Source of the DNA: Camelus ferus
Lineage: Eukaryota
Length of the DNA stretch: 64,000 nt
Reading direction: 5' to 3'
Assembly: GCF_009834535.1 (NCBI RefSeq)
Contig: NC_045713.1
Span: 26,164,001 to 26,228,000 of the forward strand
Part shown: positions 37,563-50,720 of the stretch, in pieces
Position numbering within the stretch: position 1 is the stretch's first letter
Layout of the letters: each line of letters opens with the position of its first letter
Position numbers and translations under genes: made by a program
The notes under the pieces: model-generated
The model's input: only the letters and a program-made list of their open reading frames with translations
What the model was told of the DNA's origin: nothing
Database searches by the model: none

Positions 37563-37564
<2 letters not shown>

Positions 37565-37594
<30 letters not shown>
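37565..37594. repeat. T30 mononucleotide run
   Basis: Direct reading; no adjacent retroelement body recognised. Confidence 0.95.
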
Positions 37595-37596
<2 letters not shown>

Positions 37597-39249
37597 CTTT
37601 GCCTTCAACCAAGAGGCCACGCTTGCATTCTCAAAGTCTGCTTAACACGTAGAAGGCAGATCACATCGGCGTGGGCTTGAAGTTTCAGAAAACATTCTTT
37701 TCCCATCTCTTTTCTGGGAGGGATATTCATTCACTGGGGTTCTTTCTACTTGTGGCTGATTTTCAAAAGAAAAAAGAAAGGAAAAAAAGTTCCAAAATCC
37801 GTGATGTGGAACTGAGTGTGAGGAAACAATTTAGAACAGAGGCTCCTGAGAATCTGATTTGTAAGAAGAGTAGAAAATCACCCTTCCAAGATCAGACAAG
37901 ATCGGGCGCGTTCAGAGTGGTATGGCCATAGATGAGAAAACAACAGCATCATTCTTGATCTAAAAGATAATGCACTTCCAATACTAACATAAAATCAGAG
38001 AGTAAATTCTTCTAGTTGAAGCAGAGCCAGGACTCAAAAGATGCCAAGTCATCAGTTAAAAAATGGCAAATTTTACTACTTCCCTCCTTGATGGAAACAC
38101 CTAGAAAGACAATAAACCTTTACAGAGCTGCCAGTTTCTAACACGCTGGCAGCCAAACCTAGCAGATGCACCAACAAGAAAGGCAGATCTAAACCAGCCC
38201 AGCAGGGGCCCCATTTGGCAAATGGACAGCCAGCCACCATACTGGTTTCTATTTCAGACAACAACATTGTCCAACACTGTCTAATAGAGTTAACTCAACC
38301 AGCTGTGTGGCTGACAGGTCTGCACCTGCCTTCAGTGTCAGATCTGGCTTCTGAACAGCACCATCTACCCCAGTTCCCACCACGGAGAACCACAGTAGAA
38401 CATTTTCCCAACGTACAAGTTCAGGACTAGCTCCAGTGCGTATGACCTGCTGTGACACTGAGGTTAGGTTTATCAAAGACGTACAAATGGACCCAGAGTG
38501 AAAGGAGCTGGAGCCCAAGGGGCTTTCAGACCCAAAGCTGAGGGAGGAGTCAGTGAACCGAACTTGCCATGAACGCCGTGTTAGCTCCATCACCTGGATC
38601 TGTCAGGAGCAGTCAGATCAGCCCCCGGAGATGCAAAGCCTCAGCTGGAAGGTGAAGGCAGCACACTGCAAAGGCAGCTCAGTGGCGGAACAGCCAACAG
38701 CGGCGGAACAGCCAACAGCGGCATTTCCCACATGCAGGGAGGTGCATATGTTTCCATTTATTTGCACTCCATTGACTATGCAGAATTCTTAATAAGGCCA
38801 GTGGAAGAAGCTGAACCTGACAACAAAGCACAAGTTGGGAAACGAGGCATCAACTGGTTAAGGGACAATTGGGAAGCTGGGACTGAGTCTACTGCCCTTA
38901 ACAACAGCAAGCCCCTCCCTTCAGAAGAACGGCATGGGCCCAGCCAACCATCCGAACATCCTGATGAAAGTGGAAAGTACATACAAACACATTTTTTGAC
39001 GATGGCAGCTTTACTGTCTGATTATTTATCAAGGCAACTGCTCCAATGACTGGCTTCTCTCTGCCTATGTGGTAAGAGACAGCATAATGGTATCCTGTTC
39101 TTAAAACTTTTACTTTTTTTTTTTTCAACCAAGAAGAGTAAGAGAAGAGAATCCAAACCAGAAGTGTGCTCAATGCAACGAACTGGCGTGATTCCTATAA
39201 AACAGAAGCAGGTTGTCAACAGAGGCACTTTAATGGCGATGACAAGCAC

Positions 39250-39500
39250 TGGATTTGGAGTTAAACTGTTGGGGTGTGTGCATTAGCTCCACAACTTGCC
39301 AGCTAGGTAAACTGGTGCAAGTGGTTACTTCACCTCTTTGAGCCTCAACTTCCCCACCTGTTAAATGGGGATAATAACAGCACCGACCTCATGAAGTGGT
39401 GGTGAGGGTTACACTGGCTGGTAAACAGAAAGAACCTGGCACAGGGTGCCAGGCACACTCTGGGCACAGGGTAAGTGCTGACTGCTGTGGAAGTTGTATT
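39250..39500 (+). mobile_element. MIR
   Basis: gagcctcaacttccccacctgttaaatggggataataacagcaccgacctcat...gggtaagtgctg. Confidence 0.8.
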
Positions 39501-39754
39501 ATTATTAATCAATGTCTTCGCTTCCTCCCTGAGATTGTTGAGAGAGGTGGAACAGAACTGCATCTTCCAATCCTCTGCAAGCTTTGCCCTCTGGATTTGA
39601 AGGCATAAGAGCTGGCTTATGGCTTTGCCACAAATGTATCCCATCACCTCCACGAACTTTAGTATCTTTATCTGTTCAATGGGAGTAATCTCATTGTGAC
39701 TCATAGAATTGTTACGAGGATTAAAAGACACTGTATTTGAATCTAAAAAGCTCT

Positions 39755-39940
39755 CTCTATATAACATAGATAAACAATAGGTCCTACCGTATAGCACAGG
39801 AAACTATATTCAATATCCTGTAGTAACCTATAATGAAAAAGAATATGAAAAAGAATACACATGTGTAACTGAATCACTGTGCTGTACACCAGAAACTAAC
39901 ACATTGTAAACTGACTGTGCTTCAATAAAAAAAAAAAATT
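39755..39940 (+). mobile_element. 5'-truncated younger laurasiatherian/artiodactyl-type L1 3' end inserted in a MIR
   Basis: gataaacaataggtcctaccgtatagcacaggaaactatattcaatatcctg...gtacaccagaaactaacacattgtaaactgactgtgcttcaataaaa; 8-bp TSD aaagctct at 39747-39754 and 39942-39949. Confidence 0.85.
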
Positions 39941-40759
39941 TAAAGCTCTATACAGTATCATTGTAATAACTGTTCATCACGTGTATGTTGGGGGGGCAGG
40001 GAACCAAGCAAAATGAGAGTCCTGTTAGCCACAGATCTTCCCACAGAGCCCAAAGCTTCATGGCAAGTCCTTGGGAAAAGTAAAAAGAGAGCGTTACATT
40101 AGAGTGTCACCCAACTTCTCATGGGGACTAAAAGATTGATAGTGGGAGCTTTCCATACATCCTGAATTTGCAGGCATTTATATACACGGAGGTCTTCTCG
40201 TTTCCCCCTTATTTTTGGCACCTCCTGTTGGGAAGAGAGGTGCTAAGGTGAAGCCATTCATGATGAAAAAGCAGAACTAAAAAGCCACAGCCACAGCAGG
40301 ACAAGCGCAATGTGCCTTCTGCTGTGTGGATTAACAGAGACACCTAGTGTTGCAGGGGGGAGCTGGCCCGGGACGCAGCTCTGAGTAGGGGATGATGGCT
40401 CAAGTCAGCAAGCATCCTCCACCCCCAGCTCTTCTTCCATCAGCCTCCCTTTGGGAATCCCATCAAGGCGGTCCTCCCTCCCCCACTCTGTCTCCTATGG
40501 AAGCTCTTCAAATATCTCCTCCAGCTTTAACAGGACAGGGATGGGGTTGGTTAGGTAACGTCCAAAAGGACTTGTCTTCTGGAGGACTAAGTAACTGATG
40601 TGAGGAGGTGGCCAGTATCCCTTGGACAGCCACTGCTCCGTGGTCTTTCTTGCCCTTTAAACAACCAGTGGCCCCTTCTTCAGAGGCAGTGTGACCTAGT
40701 GGTCAGAAAGACCCAAAATGGAGTCTATCAATCATGATAACATATTTTTTCCTCATTTC

Positions 40760-41140
40760 CATATAAACACATAAGTCTTTTCAGGGGCTTTGCACACTCT
40801 GTTCCCTTTGCCTGGCTCTTTACATGCCTACTTCTCTGCCTTCAGCTTTCAGTTGAAATGTCGCCTCCGCAGAGATGCAGTCTCTCTTCACCCCATGAGA
40901 GAATGCTCCTCCCAACCTTGATGCTTTCCATCTCAGTCCCTCCTAGCTTCCCTTCTCAGTAGCCAAAATCACATGTAATTATTTTATCTATCTGATTCCC
41001 TTCTCAGTTTTGTCTAAACTCCCTATTACGGTGACCCTGTGAAGACTGGGACCATATTTTTATACTCATCGGTGTGTCCCCTACAGGAATGGATACTGAA
41101 CACTGGATAAACTCTTCAAATGAATGGATGAATGCAAATG
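40760..41140 (+). mobile_element. L2
   Basis: ggggctttgcacactctgttccctttgcctgg...gactgggaccatattt...aaatgaatggatgaatg. Confidence 0.7.
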
Positions 41141-41759
41141 TGACTCTTGCCCATTAATGATATGACCTTGGAACGGTCACTGAGTCTCAGTTTTCTCATA
41201 TATAAAACGAAGCTATCGCCTACCTGAGAAGCAGTTAGAGCACCGGACATGGCAGGCACTTTTACACTTCTGCATCAATTTTAAGATGCCGAACTTTTGC
41301 ATTTTATCCTTTGGAAATAAAGATCATTTTATAATTGTTGAAGCTTTAGGCTACATAAGATACGGTAACATCTCACTGTTATGTAGGACTCAATCTCTTC
41401 TTACATTTGAAAAACACAGTCCTCTGGAAAGACATGGTTATGTGGCTCTCTGTGTCTATTTACTGTCTCAGAGCAAGTCAGCATCAGCGCTAACATAACC
41501 TACCCCACAATTTCACCACTGCCTCCCCCTTGTTTTCACTCTAAGGGAAAATCTCCTCCCTAGTCTCTTAGTTAATGAGACTGCCTTTTTAAATTTTTAA
41601 AAATCTGTTTTTCTTTCAAAAGCCCAAGGTAGTTAAAATAATGAAACTCAATTAATATATGCAGAGTAATCCTGCCATCTTGGTGGCATTTTTTTTATCC
41701 CGCTTTCTTGGTCATTCTGAGGATTATATTATTACACAAGAACTAGCATTCATAGGTCA

Positions 41760-41960
41760 CTTAGCATATACCAGGCCTTGAGCCAAATGCTTTTCATGCC
41801 TTATTTAATTCTCACAAACTCCCACTCTGAGTGGGAACCAGCATTATCTCCATTTTACAGATGACAAAAATGAGGTCTAGATGTATTTATTTACTTGCTC
41901 AGTGTTCCACAGCTAATAAGTGGCAGACAAAGCTAGAATCTGATTCAAAAGTCTACGGGA
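41760..41960 (-). mobile_element. MIR
   Basis: attatctccattttacagatgacaaaaatgaggtctag...cacagctaataagtggcag. Confidence 0.75.
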
Positions 41961-42229
41961 TTTATAGGATGGAATCCTCCAAAGGCTAGAAACTTATATC
42001 AAGCACCAGTTATGCCCATCAAGGAGTTTTCTGTCTGGAAGAAAAGAGCTATAGTTGTCTGGGTAAAATAATATTTCTAAAAATTTATTTACAATATCCC
42101 CTTGTTGGTAAAATTCAGTTTTATTAAAGGCAACCGTGTGAATGTAAAGGGTGTAATACATGAACAATTTAGCATAATACTATAGATTAGCTGCCAAATA
42201 TGCATATTCATCGAAGTTCTTGTGAAATT

Positions 42230-42640
42230 AGCAGAAACCAAACTTGAACCCACTTAAACCACTAAGGAAGTCTGGTGGTTAACATCTGAAAAGATCAGCA
42301 ATAGGGTGGACTTCAGGTACAGTTTGATCATGGCTTGGCTTGTTCTCCATACCATACTTCTCTAGTCCTGTCCCATGTGTGAGTCACCATTATCCTCAAC
42401 CTGATTTCTGCTAGGGTAGAAAAATGGCAGCAGAAATTCCAGGCCTCACATCTGCACACTTGTCGTATGTCAAACAGTCCTGAAGTTCTCTCAGCTAGAC
42501 CAACTTGGATCTCATGCCCATTCCTGAACCAATTGCTATGGTGAGATGGATGGGATTTGTTTGTTTGTTTGTTTGTTTGTTTTTTTTAATTGCACTGGCC
42601 CAACAGAAACTACCACCACTGCCTACATATTGGGGGAGGA
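42230..42640 (-). mobile_element. MLT1K/L-like LTR fragment
   Basis: gacttcaggtacagtttgatc, aaaatggcagcagaaattccaggcctcacat, tcatgcccattcctgaaccaat. Confidence 0.55.
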
Positions 42641-42739
42641 ATTTGGGAAAGCACTTTATGCTCCGCACTAAGCAAAGCTTAGTGAAATGGCACAGGGCAA
42701 AGAAAAGGCAAATGAGGCTCCAGATACAGCCTGTGCAAG

Positions 42740-43130
42740 CTCAGGGGTCACTGCGTCTATCTACCTTGTTCCCCTGCTAAACCTCTCCAATGACTTCCCA
42801 TAACACCTGAAACAAAACCCAAAACCTTCACTGTGGCCTTTAAGACCTTACAGAACCTGGTCTGCCTCTAGCCTCTTACCCTGCCCTATTTTTCTTCCCA
42901 TCAGATGCCAATACCAACTTGACATTATGTGTTTCTTCATTTATTTTTGGTCTCCCCTCCAGAATAGGAGTTTTAGGTGGGGAGCCTCTGTCTGTTTTGT
43001 TTATCACTCTATGTATCTCATACCTATAGTAAATATGAGACACATACTAAGTGTTGAATACATAAAAGGGCAAAATGAATGAAAACAAATGCATGTATTC
43101 ATGAATGAATGAATGAACAAATGAAAGAAT
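42740..43130 (+). mobile_element. L2
   Basis: aaacctctccaatgacttcccat...aaccttcactgtggcctttaagacc...tgaatgaatgaatgaa tail. Confidence 0.7.
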
Positions 43131-44019
43131 GTGATCCAGGCAATCAGAAGATGAACATAGGTAACAGATGCCAGGGGACTGTTTTTATTCTGTTTGTTTT
43201 GTTTTGTTTTCACCTAGTCGGCTGAAGTCCTGTGTTCAGAGCTCCTATTTAAGAAACACTCTGTTTTGAAAGCACAAGATTTATTAAACTCAAGACCTGT
43301 AAATGGTTTAGAAACGCTCATGACAGCCTCCTCCCCCATATCCTATGCTGAGCGGAAGATGTTTGCCAATGGGTTAGCCTTTCTGCATATATGTGAATAG
43401 AACACTTTAAAAATCAAGGCAGACAACCCCATTATGACCTGGCATGCACCCAGTGTCAAAATTACATATTGGCTTCCCTCTTCCTTTCTACCTTTTACTT
43501 CCTTCCTTCTGCCTACTCAGAATTACTGAGACTCCCTTGCTGATGTCTTTGCTCAATTCTTTGCATCCAATTAATATTTATTGGCATTCCTCAGGGATGC
43601 ACGAAATCTGAAGGGAGTCACTCTAGAACTAATTTAAAGGGAGTTGCTGACTCTGCACTTGAGCTTTTGACTATTCTAATAAAAATTCTCCCAGGAAAGA
43701 CCAGCTCCCTCCCTTTGTTCTCTGTTTGCTTTATTCTTGGCAATGCCAAACATCAATCTCTATGATAATGACAATTACTGATATTGATGGTGAGGATATT
43801 ACTAACATTTTCAGGAAGGTTTTGTGGTTTATAAAACGAAATCCCATGCGTCATGTTTTTCTGATAAATTAACTAGAAAGACAAACAAAATAACTCAGCC
43901 CACAATGGGAGGATCTTTGTATGCACTTTACAGCACTGGAAGACTCCTAGGGCCTCAGGAAAATATACCTAAGGTGTCTTCTTTCCCTGAGAGGCCAGAG
44001 AATCAGTGGATCAGGTGCT

Positions 44020-44235
44020 AAAGTCAGAGAGGCAATCTTGATCCTGATTCTACCACTAAGTGATCCTGGGAAAGTCATTCTTCTCTCTGAGATTTTTTTT
44101 TTCTCATGAAAAAAATGGAAATAATAATACCACTATTTCATGGAGTTGTTGTAAGAATAAGATAAGATAATGCATGCAAAAGCCCTTAACATATTGTCCA
44201 GATCAGAGCAAGTGCTGTGTTAGCAATCAAATGAT
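44020..44235 (+). mobile_element. MIR
   Basis: gatcctgggaaagtcattcttctctctgag...aaaatggaaataataatacc...ggagttgttgtaagaataa. Confidence 0.75.
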
Positions 44236-44304
44236 TTACTCATTCAACACTTATTTTACTGTCTACACTATGCCAGGTACTGGTGTACACAGATAAAATG
44301 GACA

Positions 44305-44469
44305 NNNNNNNNNNNNNNNNNNNNNNNNNNNNNNNNNNNNNNNNNNNNNNNNNNNNNNNNNNNNNNNNNNNNNNNNNNNNNNNNNNNNNNNNNNNNNNNN
44401 NNNNNNNNNNNNNNNNNNNNNNNNNNNNNNNNNNNNNNNNNNNNNNNNNNNNNNNNNNNNNNNNNNNNN
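44305..44469. other. Assembly gap (165 N)
   Basis: Run of N inside an L2 fragment. Confidence 0.95.
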
Positions 44470-45364
44470 ATAAAGGACCTAGAAGGAAAGAGGACTGATT
44501 CAGAGGAGCAGCACCTCTGGGTCTGGAAGAAAGAAAACTTAAGCTCAGCATACCTTTGCCACTAAGCAGTCTGTCATTTGTGAACCCCATGTCTTTCAGG
44601 CCTCACTTTCCTCATCAGCAATAAAGCATAGAGAAGTGATTCACAATCTTAATGTTGTAAAACCAGTTGAAAATAATTTGTTACAACTAATAATATATTT
44701 TATGAATCTGAGCCATAAAGAAGAAAAATCAGATTCAAACCATAGACTTTACGAGGTTTAGATGATAAACTGACATTTTCAGCCATAACTCTTAACAAGT
44801 AGTATGGATTCCATCAGGCTCCTTCATTTGCTGTTTATTTGACAAATTTCAGGATATTGCAGACAAGCTGGACACCTTCCCCACCCAATATGAGAAAAAA
44901 TATTTTCTTCCAGTTTTAGAGGAACATCTACAAATTAATCCAGTCTGATATGTGGGAACCCTCCTTGCTTACTTTAGTAAGTTCTTGACTTTGGGCAGGC
45001 CGTTAGGCACAAACAACTCAAATTCTCACCTGCAAGCTGAATAGAGAAGTAGGTTTATGAGCTAGGGCCATGTAAAATGACCACTTTGTCCCAGAAGTGA
45101 TCCCTGTAAGTGAGATATCAAAACTTCCTGTCATCAGTCTTTGATACCTACCAGTCTTAAGGGTCATGGAGTTCTTATTTTGGCAAAGAGTATAAATAAT
45201 AATGATTATGATAAAATAAATATGACATCTTATGACAAAATAAAACGCTTAAACAGACCATGGAGATGATACGAGTATGTAGTCCAGGTGGCAACTAAGG
45301 TGAACTTGGCAGCACTTCGTGATCTAAAGGTCACTTCCCAAGTCCAGGAGACCATCTCCAGGTA

Positions 45365-45680
45365 GGAGGAAGGTTCTGGTACAAGATGGTGGCATAGGAA
45401 GCACCTGAACCCACTTCCTCCCATGGATACACTGAGTCTACAGCTATGAAGCAATTCTTTCTGAAAGAAATCCAGAAACTAGCTGAGTGAGTCACACACA
45501 TCAAGTGAACAAGAAAATATTCACATCAAAATGGATAGGAAAGTCTGAGACACATTCTCGCCATAAAACCCAGCCCTGGCACAGTGACAGACAATCAGGA
45601 GGGAACTCACAAATTCCAGCTTCTCCCTGAAGAGCGAAGGGTTGGGACCCAATATCTAGAGCCCCAACTTTTAAGACCTC
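45365..45680 (+). mobile_element. Isolated L1 5' UTR (promoter) fragment
   Basis: caagatggtggc (decayed YY1 box) then aggaagcacctgaacccacttcctcccatggatacac...gggaactcacaaattccagcttctccctgaagagcgaagggtt, resembling laurasiatherian L1 5' ends as recalled. Confidence 0.6.
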
Positions 45681-46009
45681 TAGATAGGGAATATGGGATT
45701 ATCATTATCAGCTCTTCATATTTTTCAAGATGAGCTAAAAGTATAATTTTTGGTGAAACCTTACAAGTTTTAAATGTTTGGACTTACTCAAATTTTGAAA
45801 GCAGTAAAAACATTCTGGGAGTCAAAAAAAAAATACAACGTCAAGTTAATTTGTGATATCTTAAAGTAGTACAATGGAGTTTAGATCCAAACAAAACTGG
45901 ATTTGAATTCTAGCTTTATTTTATGTTAGCTGTGTGGCTTTTGTCAGGTTATGTAAATTTCTGGTCCCCATTTTCCTCATCTGTAACATGAGTTATTATA
46001 ATTTACAAC

Positions 46010-46506
46010 TGACCTGCTGGCAATCTATCTGACATCCATTTCCCTCTTCCTCATTCTTAACAGAACTCATATTTGTTGAGACTTCATGTTTCCTATAAGA
46101 ATCCATGGGCTTGGGGGAATGGAAGCTTAAGCCATCTCAGCTCTAAGAGCAGGTCTGGTTTGACTTAACCTATCTGCCTTCTCAGTGATTGGGTCAGAAG
46201 TCCAGAATTAAGCCAGCCAGGATATGGCACTTTCAAAATAGTTATTATTGGCCCCAGATGGGCATGGACAAAGAAGTCATCTAAGGAGTTGCTGATAGCA
46301 AACCTAGGTCATGAAGGAAGCAGTTAGAGAACAAGGACTATACTCCCCCCAAAACAGGGTCAAGAGATCATAAGGAAAAGAACCAGAACCTTGACCATAC
46401 TATACCTGAAGTCCACCCTGTCTCCAGAACTCCAATAAAATAACTCAAACACATAATTGAATTTAGTTGATTATTACCTGCAGCAAAAACACCATTCTAA
46501 TTCACA
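46010..46506 (+). mobile_element. LTR16/MLT1-like old LTR inserted in a MIR
   Basis: catccatttccctcttcctcattcttaacagaactc start, gtgattgggtcag, atacctgaagtccaccctg, cctgcagcaaaaacaccattctaattcaca end; MIR resumes at ~46507. Confidence 0.55.
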
Positions 46507-47859
46507 CCTAAGGATTAAAGATAATGCATTTAAAGTGACTGGCACATAGGAGGCACTTACTACATGATAGATTGTATCATTAAAGTACTTTCACATTTCT
46601 ACCACATCTGATTTTAAAATATATGTGCTTCCATAATGTAACCTATGAAACTTGAAGCTTCCCTTTTCTCCCCAGCACACACACATAATGATGTATTAAT
46701 TAAACTGTTTAAACTTCCTTTTATTAATAGGAATGAAAATGAAAAGGAAATGAGCACGTGTCTCAAGAGAGCTGTCCTCCATCGTGCAGGAAACTGAGTG
46801 ATATATGTTTATTCCTTGTGTTTGGATCAGATTTAACTAAATGAAGCAAACCCTCAGGACCTGGCTATGGGGATTTGGACAAGAGGACACCAGACACCAG
46901 CAGATCAGCCAGTTCATTCACCAAACTTTGGGGCCTGTGTAAAATGTGGCTGGCCTCCCCTGCCCACGCAGAACCCAGCTAGCATCACCAAGCTGACAGT
47001 GACTCCTCCATCTCTGGGATCCACGCCAGGCTTTGAGGCACCAGGAGCCTGCACGGGGGCTCAGTCACACCTGCAGGCAGGCAGCATCCACGTGGAGGCA
47101 AGAGAAGGGGGAAGCAGGGAAGCAAGAGGACAAAGGCGGAGAACAGGTGGAGAGGCCTATTCTGGCTGTCTAGCTCCCACCTGGAAGGAATGACGAGGAG
47201 GACTTCTGTCCTGCCTATGAGGAGGAGGTGCATAGACAGACACCCTTCCAGGAAAGCAAAGAACGGGCAGGTTATAAATGAACTGGCCCTTCACACTGCG
47301 CCATATGTCCTCCCTTGTGGTTCTGTGCAACAGCAGAGGTTTTCCAGATCATGTCAAGAATAAAACAAAAGCAGAAGTTTTGGGTTTTTTTTTTTTTCCC
47401 TTTCCTGAGTATGACCTCCTCCTCTTTCCAAATCCAACGCTTGGCTTGTCATCTATGTCATGCCTCCCGCCATGTATGGTCTTGGTTTCCTTTAACTCAA
47501 AGCATTCACTGCTCTGATGATTTGCCTGGCAGTTCATCATGTGATAAAGTTTACTTCTTCCATATAGTGATTTATTGATGAAAACAACTGGCATGAGTAT
47601 TTAACTCTTCTAGGTTAAAGATCAGATAAGATTAGCAATGGCTGTAGATTGCAGACCTTTGGAAAGTCCATAATACCCATCACGATGTCTAGCGTGTAGC
47701 AGACATTGTCCAGACACCTGCCAGGCTCCACAACAAAATCAAGGCTGGGAATAGTCTCCAAGGGAGAAAAGGCAGCCAAAATTCACAGCCCAACTCTTTC
47801 CCTCCAGTGTTCTCCTTCTCCTCAGGGATTATTTGTCAATTAATGCTTGAAGTTTCTCA

Positions 47860-48290
47860 AGGTTGAATTCCCTCTTCCGATTCTCCATTCTCCCCTAGGT
47901 GATCTCACCCAATCCTGGGGCTTTAACTGCCATCAATAAGCCTCCAAACCCATGTGTTGTATTTTTCAGTCTTAACTCGGACTCTTCTCTCTGACTGCCT
48001 ACTTGAGATTTCCACTTGGATGTCTCAAAAGTGTGTTCAATTGAACACGTTTGAAACCAGATACTGCTCCTGTCTCCCTCTCCCACAATTTGTTTCTTCT
48101 TCAGTTTTCTACAATGTACCACCATCTACTCATCTGTACAAGTGAAAAAAAAAATGTTACTACGTCTCTTCTGTCACTTCGTATCCATCCATCATGTTTT
48201 GTTCATTTTTACCCCCAAAATATGCATAAGCCCACCCACTTCTCTCTGAATGCACAACCTTATGCAGATTTATGTCACGGTCTCCTAACG
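47860..48290 (+). mobile_element. L2
   Basis: ggtgatctcacccaatcctggggcttt...tgcctacttgagatttccacttggatgtctca. Confidence 0.7.
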
Positions 48291-48984
48291 GGTCCCTGTG
48301 CTTACACATTAAGAACCCCTGCCTCCAACAAACTCTCTGTCAGCAGGCACCAGAGTAATGGAGATGGTGCTTTTCTTTGCTTTGTCTTTTCACAGAAGAG
48401 AGCTGCAGCACATCATTAGTGTATGTCACCAAATTAACAAGTTTCAAAGTGAAAACTCCCCTCAAATTCAACTCCGGAGGAGAAAGATCAACACACATTT
48501 CTGTTGGCATGCTGGTTCCCAAATCCAAAGACCTGCATCTGGCCTAAAGCAAATTTGGACAATATTTATGCTTTGTATGTGATCCCCAAAACAACCCAAA
48601 CCACCTTTCCCTCAAGGTAAAGGCACAGATGACTTCTGGTCCTTTCAAGTTGTCAGCATCGGGTTTTCACCATTTGTCAAGCTATTCATTGGATGCCAAT
48701 TGGAAGTGATTGACTTGCATGGCAGGGTTGGCATACGGTACTCTCGACTTCCAGCCAAAAAAGAAAGGGCTGTGTTCCAGGAGAGATGCCACAAACAGAG
48801 ATGATGCTGAAGAGAGGCTATTGACTTCACTCTCAGGCTGGACGCCCAGGGAGCCCAGCCCACCTCTCAGGGGTCCATCAGGACACAAGGGGAGTCAGGT
48901 CAAGCTGTGCATCTGGCCCAGGGAAGGAGGAGAATTAACATCTGCAGGGGGCCAATTACATCCTAGATACTTGGCTAAGTATAC

Positions 48985-49200
48985 TGCACGCATTTAAGTG
49001 TCACCATAATCCTCTATGGTTGGAACTGTCCTTATACATAATCAAGGAAATGGAGGCTCAAAGAAGGTAAGTAACTGGCCCAGGATGACCCAGATAATGA
49101 GAGGGTTTGGACAATGTGCTATCCAAAATCACATTCCACAAAGTCACAGAGGCTCGTGGAATACACTTTGGGTCCTCAGTTTGGCACATGCCACTGCATT
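48985..49200 (-). mobile_element. MIR
   Basis: ggaaatggaggctcaaagaaggtaagtaactggcccaggatgacccag. Confidence 0.7.
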
Positions 49201-50089
49201 CTCTCACTACGTTTCTATTTGAGACTCAGCCTCCCCCACCTCCCCCCATTCCCGAGTCCAGTGCCCCAACCAGATTTACAGCACAGGCCCAGAGGATGGC
49301 TTGGTCTCCTGGGTGCCCAGTGTCACTGCCAGAAATGTTTGTCAAGCATATGGTGATCCCACAGATAAATATTTGAAAAGAGCTATCACATTCACCCAGG
49401 GAAGTCATCACTCCGGTCAAGCTCAGAGAATTAACTGTGCAGGCTCCTTTATTGGCCTTAAAAAAGAAACCTACGGTGATAATTCTGATTATCAAACAAA
49501 AAATATGCCAGCCAGGTTTAGCTCAGTCTCTCAATGGGTCATTAAACCAGTAATTTTTCCTATGTTTATTTCAGAAAGGAAGATTGAAAAAAAAGGATCA
49601 AGGTAACTTGAATATGAATTAAACTCACTCTCACATATATCTTCCTTCCATTTCCCTTCCTGTCAGGGTAATGATTTACAACGTTGTTGCTTCTTAAAGC
49701 AGGAGCTGGACTTCATAAATCAAGGAGTTAATGTAAAACACATAAGTGGTCAACCCAGGTGTCATCAATTAAAGCCAAATAACTTCCCTTCAGTACTAAT
49801 TCATATCTCTCCTGAGAGAAGATGTTCTTTTTTTCGCTGCTCTGGGCTGTAGATTTACATGAGTGCTTCTGTTCTATTTCCAACGCAGTGACTTCTCCAC
49901 ATCCTCCTCCCCTAACTGAAACAGGAGCCAAGGGACACAGAGTTGTAATTTAATTGGTTAAAAAAACAAGATTGAATTATCTTTCCACACTTCCCAATTC
50001 CCTGTCTATGTACAGCTTGCAGTATGACAAGTATAAATCACAGTGATAATAATGATCATGATGCTGATCATCACAAGACGAAGACAATA

Positions 50090-50720
50090 AGGACTTTACA
50101 GTTACTTGTGAAATGCCTACTACATGCCGCACGCAATGATAAGTGTTTTACCTATATGCTTTCATTTAATTCTGCTACACTGTGGAGAAATGACTCTCCC
50201 CGCTACCACCACACACAGAGGCATTTTAGAAAAAAGAAACAAAACCTGAGTTCAGAGTGGTTAGTAAGTTATGCCTGGTAAATATGTGGCTGATTCAAAA
50301 CCAAGTTGGCAGTTACCCAGCCCGTGAACTTTTCTCTATGCCCTTCTTCCCACTGGCCACGTTCCTCCTAAGGTAATCTTTTGGCAAAAGCATTTAGGTA
50401 TATAGAAAAACATCCACCTTCTCCCTCCTATGACCTCTTCCTCAATAAATGTAAAATGTGTCCCCTTCAAAGCGGAAGAGGAAACACAAGAATGTGCAAA
50501 CACGGTTTATCAATAACAGTCACCATTTATAGACTGCTTCCCATACATCAGGCTCTAGGCTCAGAGACAAAACTTTTCTTATCCCCGTGTTACATCTGAG
50601 GGAGCAGACTTGGAGGAATCAAGTTGTCTTGCCCAAGTCACTCTCCTTAGATCCAGGAGGGTTCAGATCAGGGATTCAAACCAGGCAGCCTGCCTCCAGT
50701 GCCCACACTCTTACCCGCAA
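50090..50720 (-). mobile_element. Two MIRs
   Basis: gaaacaaaacctgagttcagagtggttagtaagttatgcc at ~50236 and ttgtcttgcccaagtcactc...gggattcaaaccaggcag at ~50625. Confidence 0.65.

Noticed and set aside
38215-38250. Possible third copy of the 88-bp paralogous segment (gccagccacc)
   Set aside because: Only ~10 bp match and the flanks do not align.
48033-48048. Perfect 16-bp palindrome gtgttcaattgaacac
   Set aside because: About one such palindrome is expected by chance in 64 kb (4^-8 per position), and it lies in an L2.
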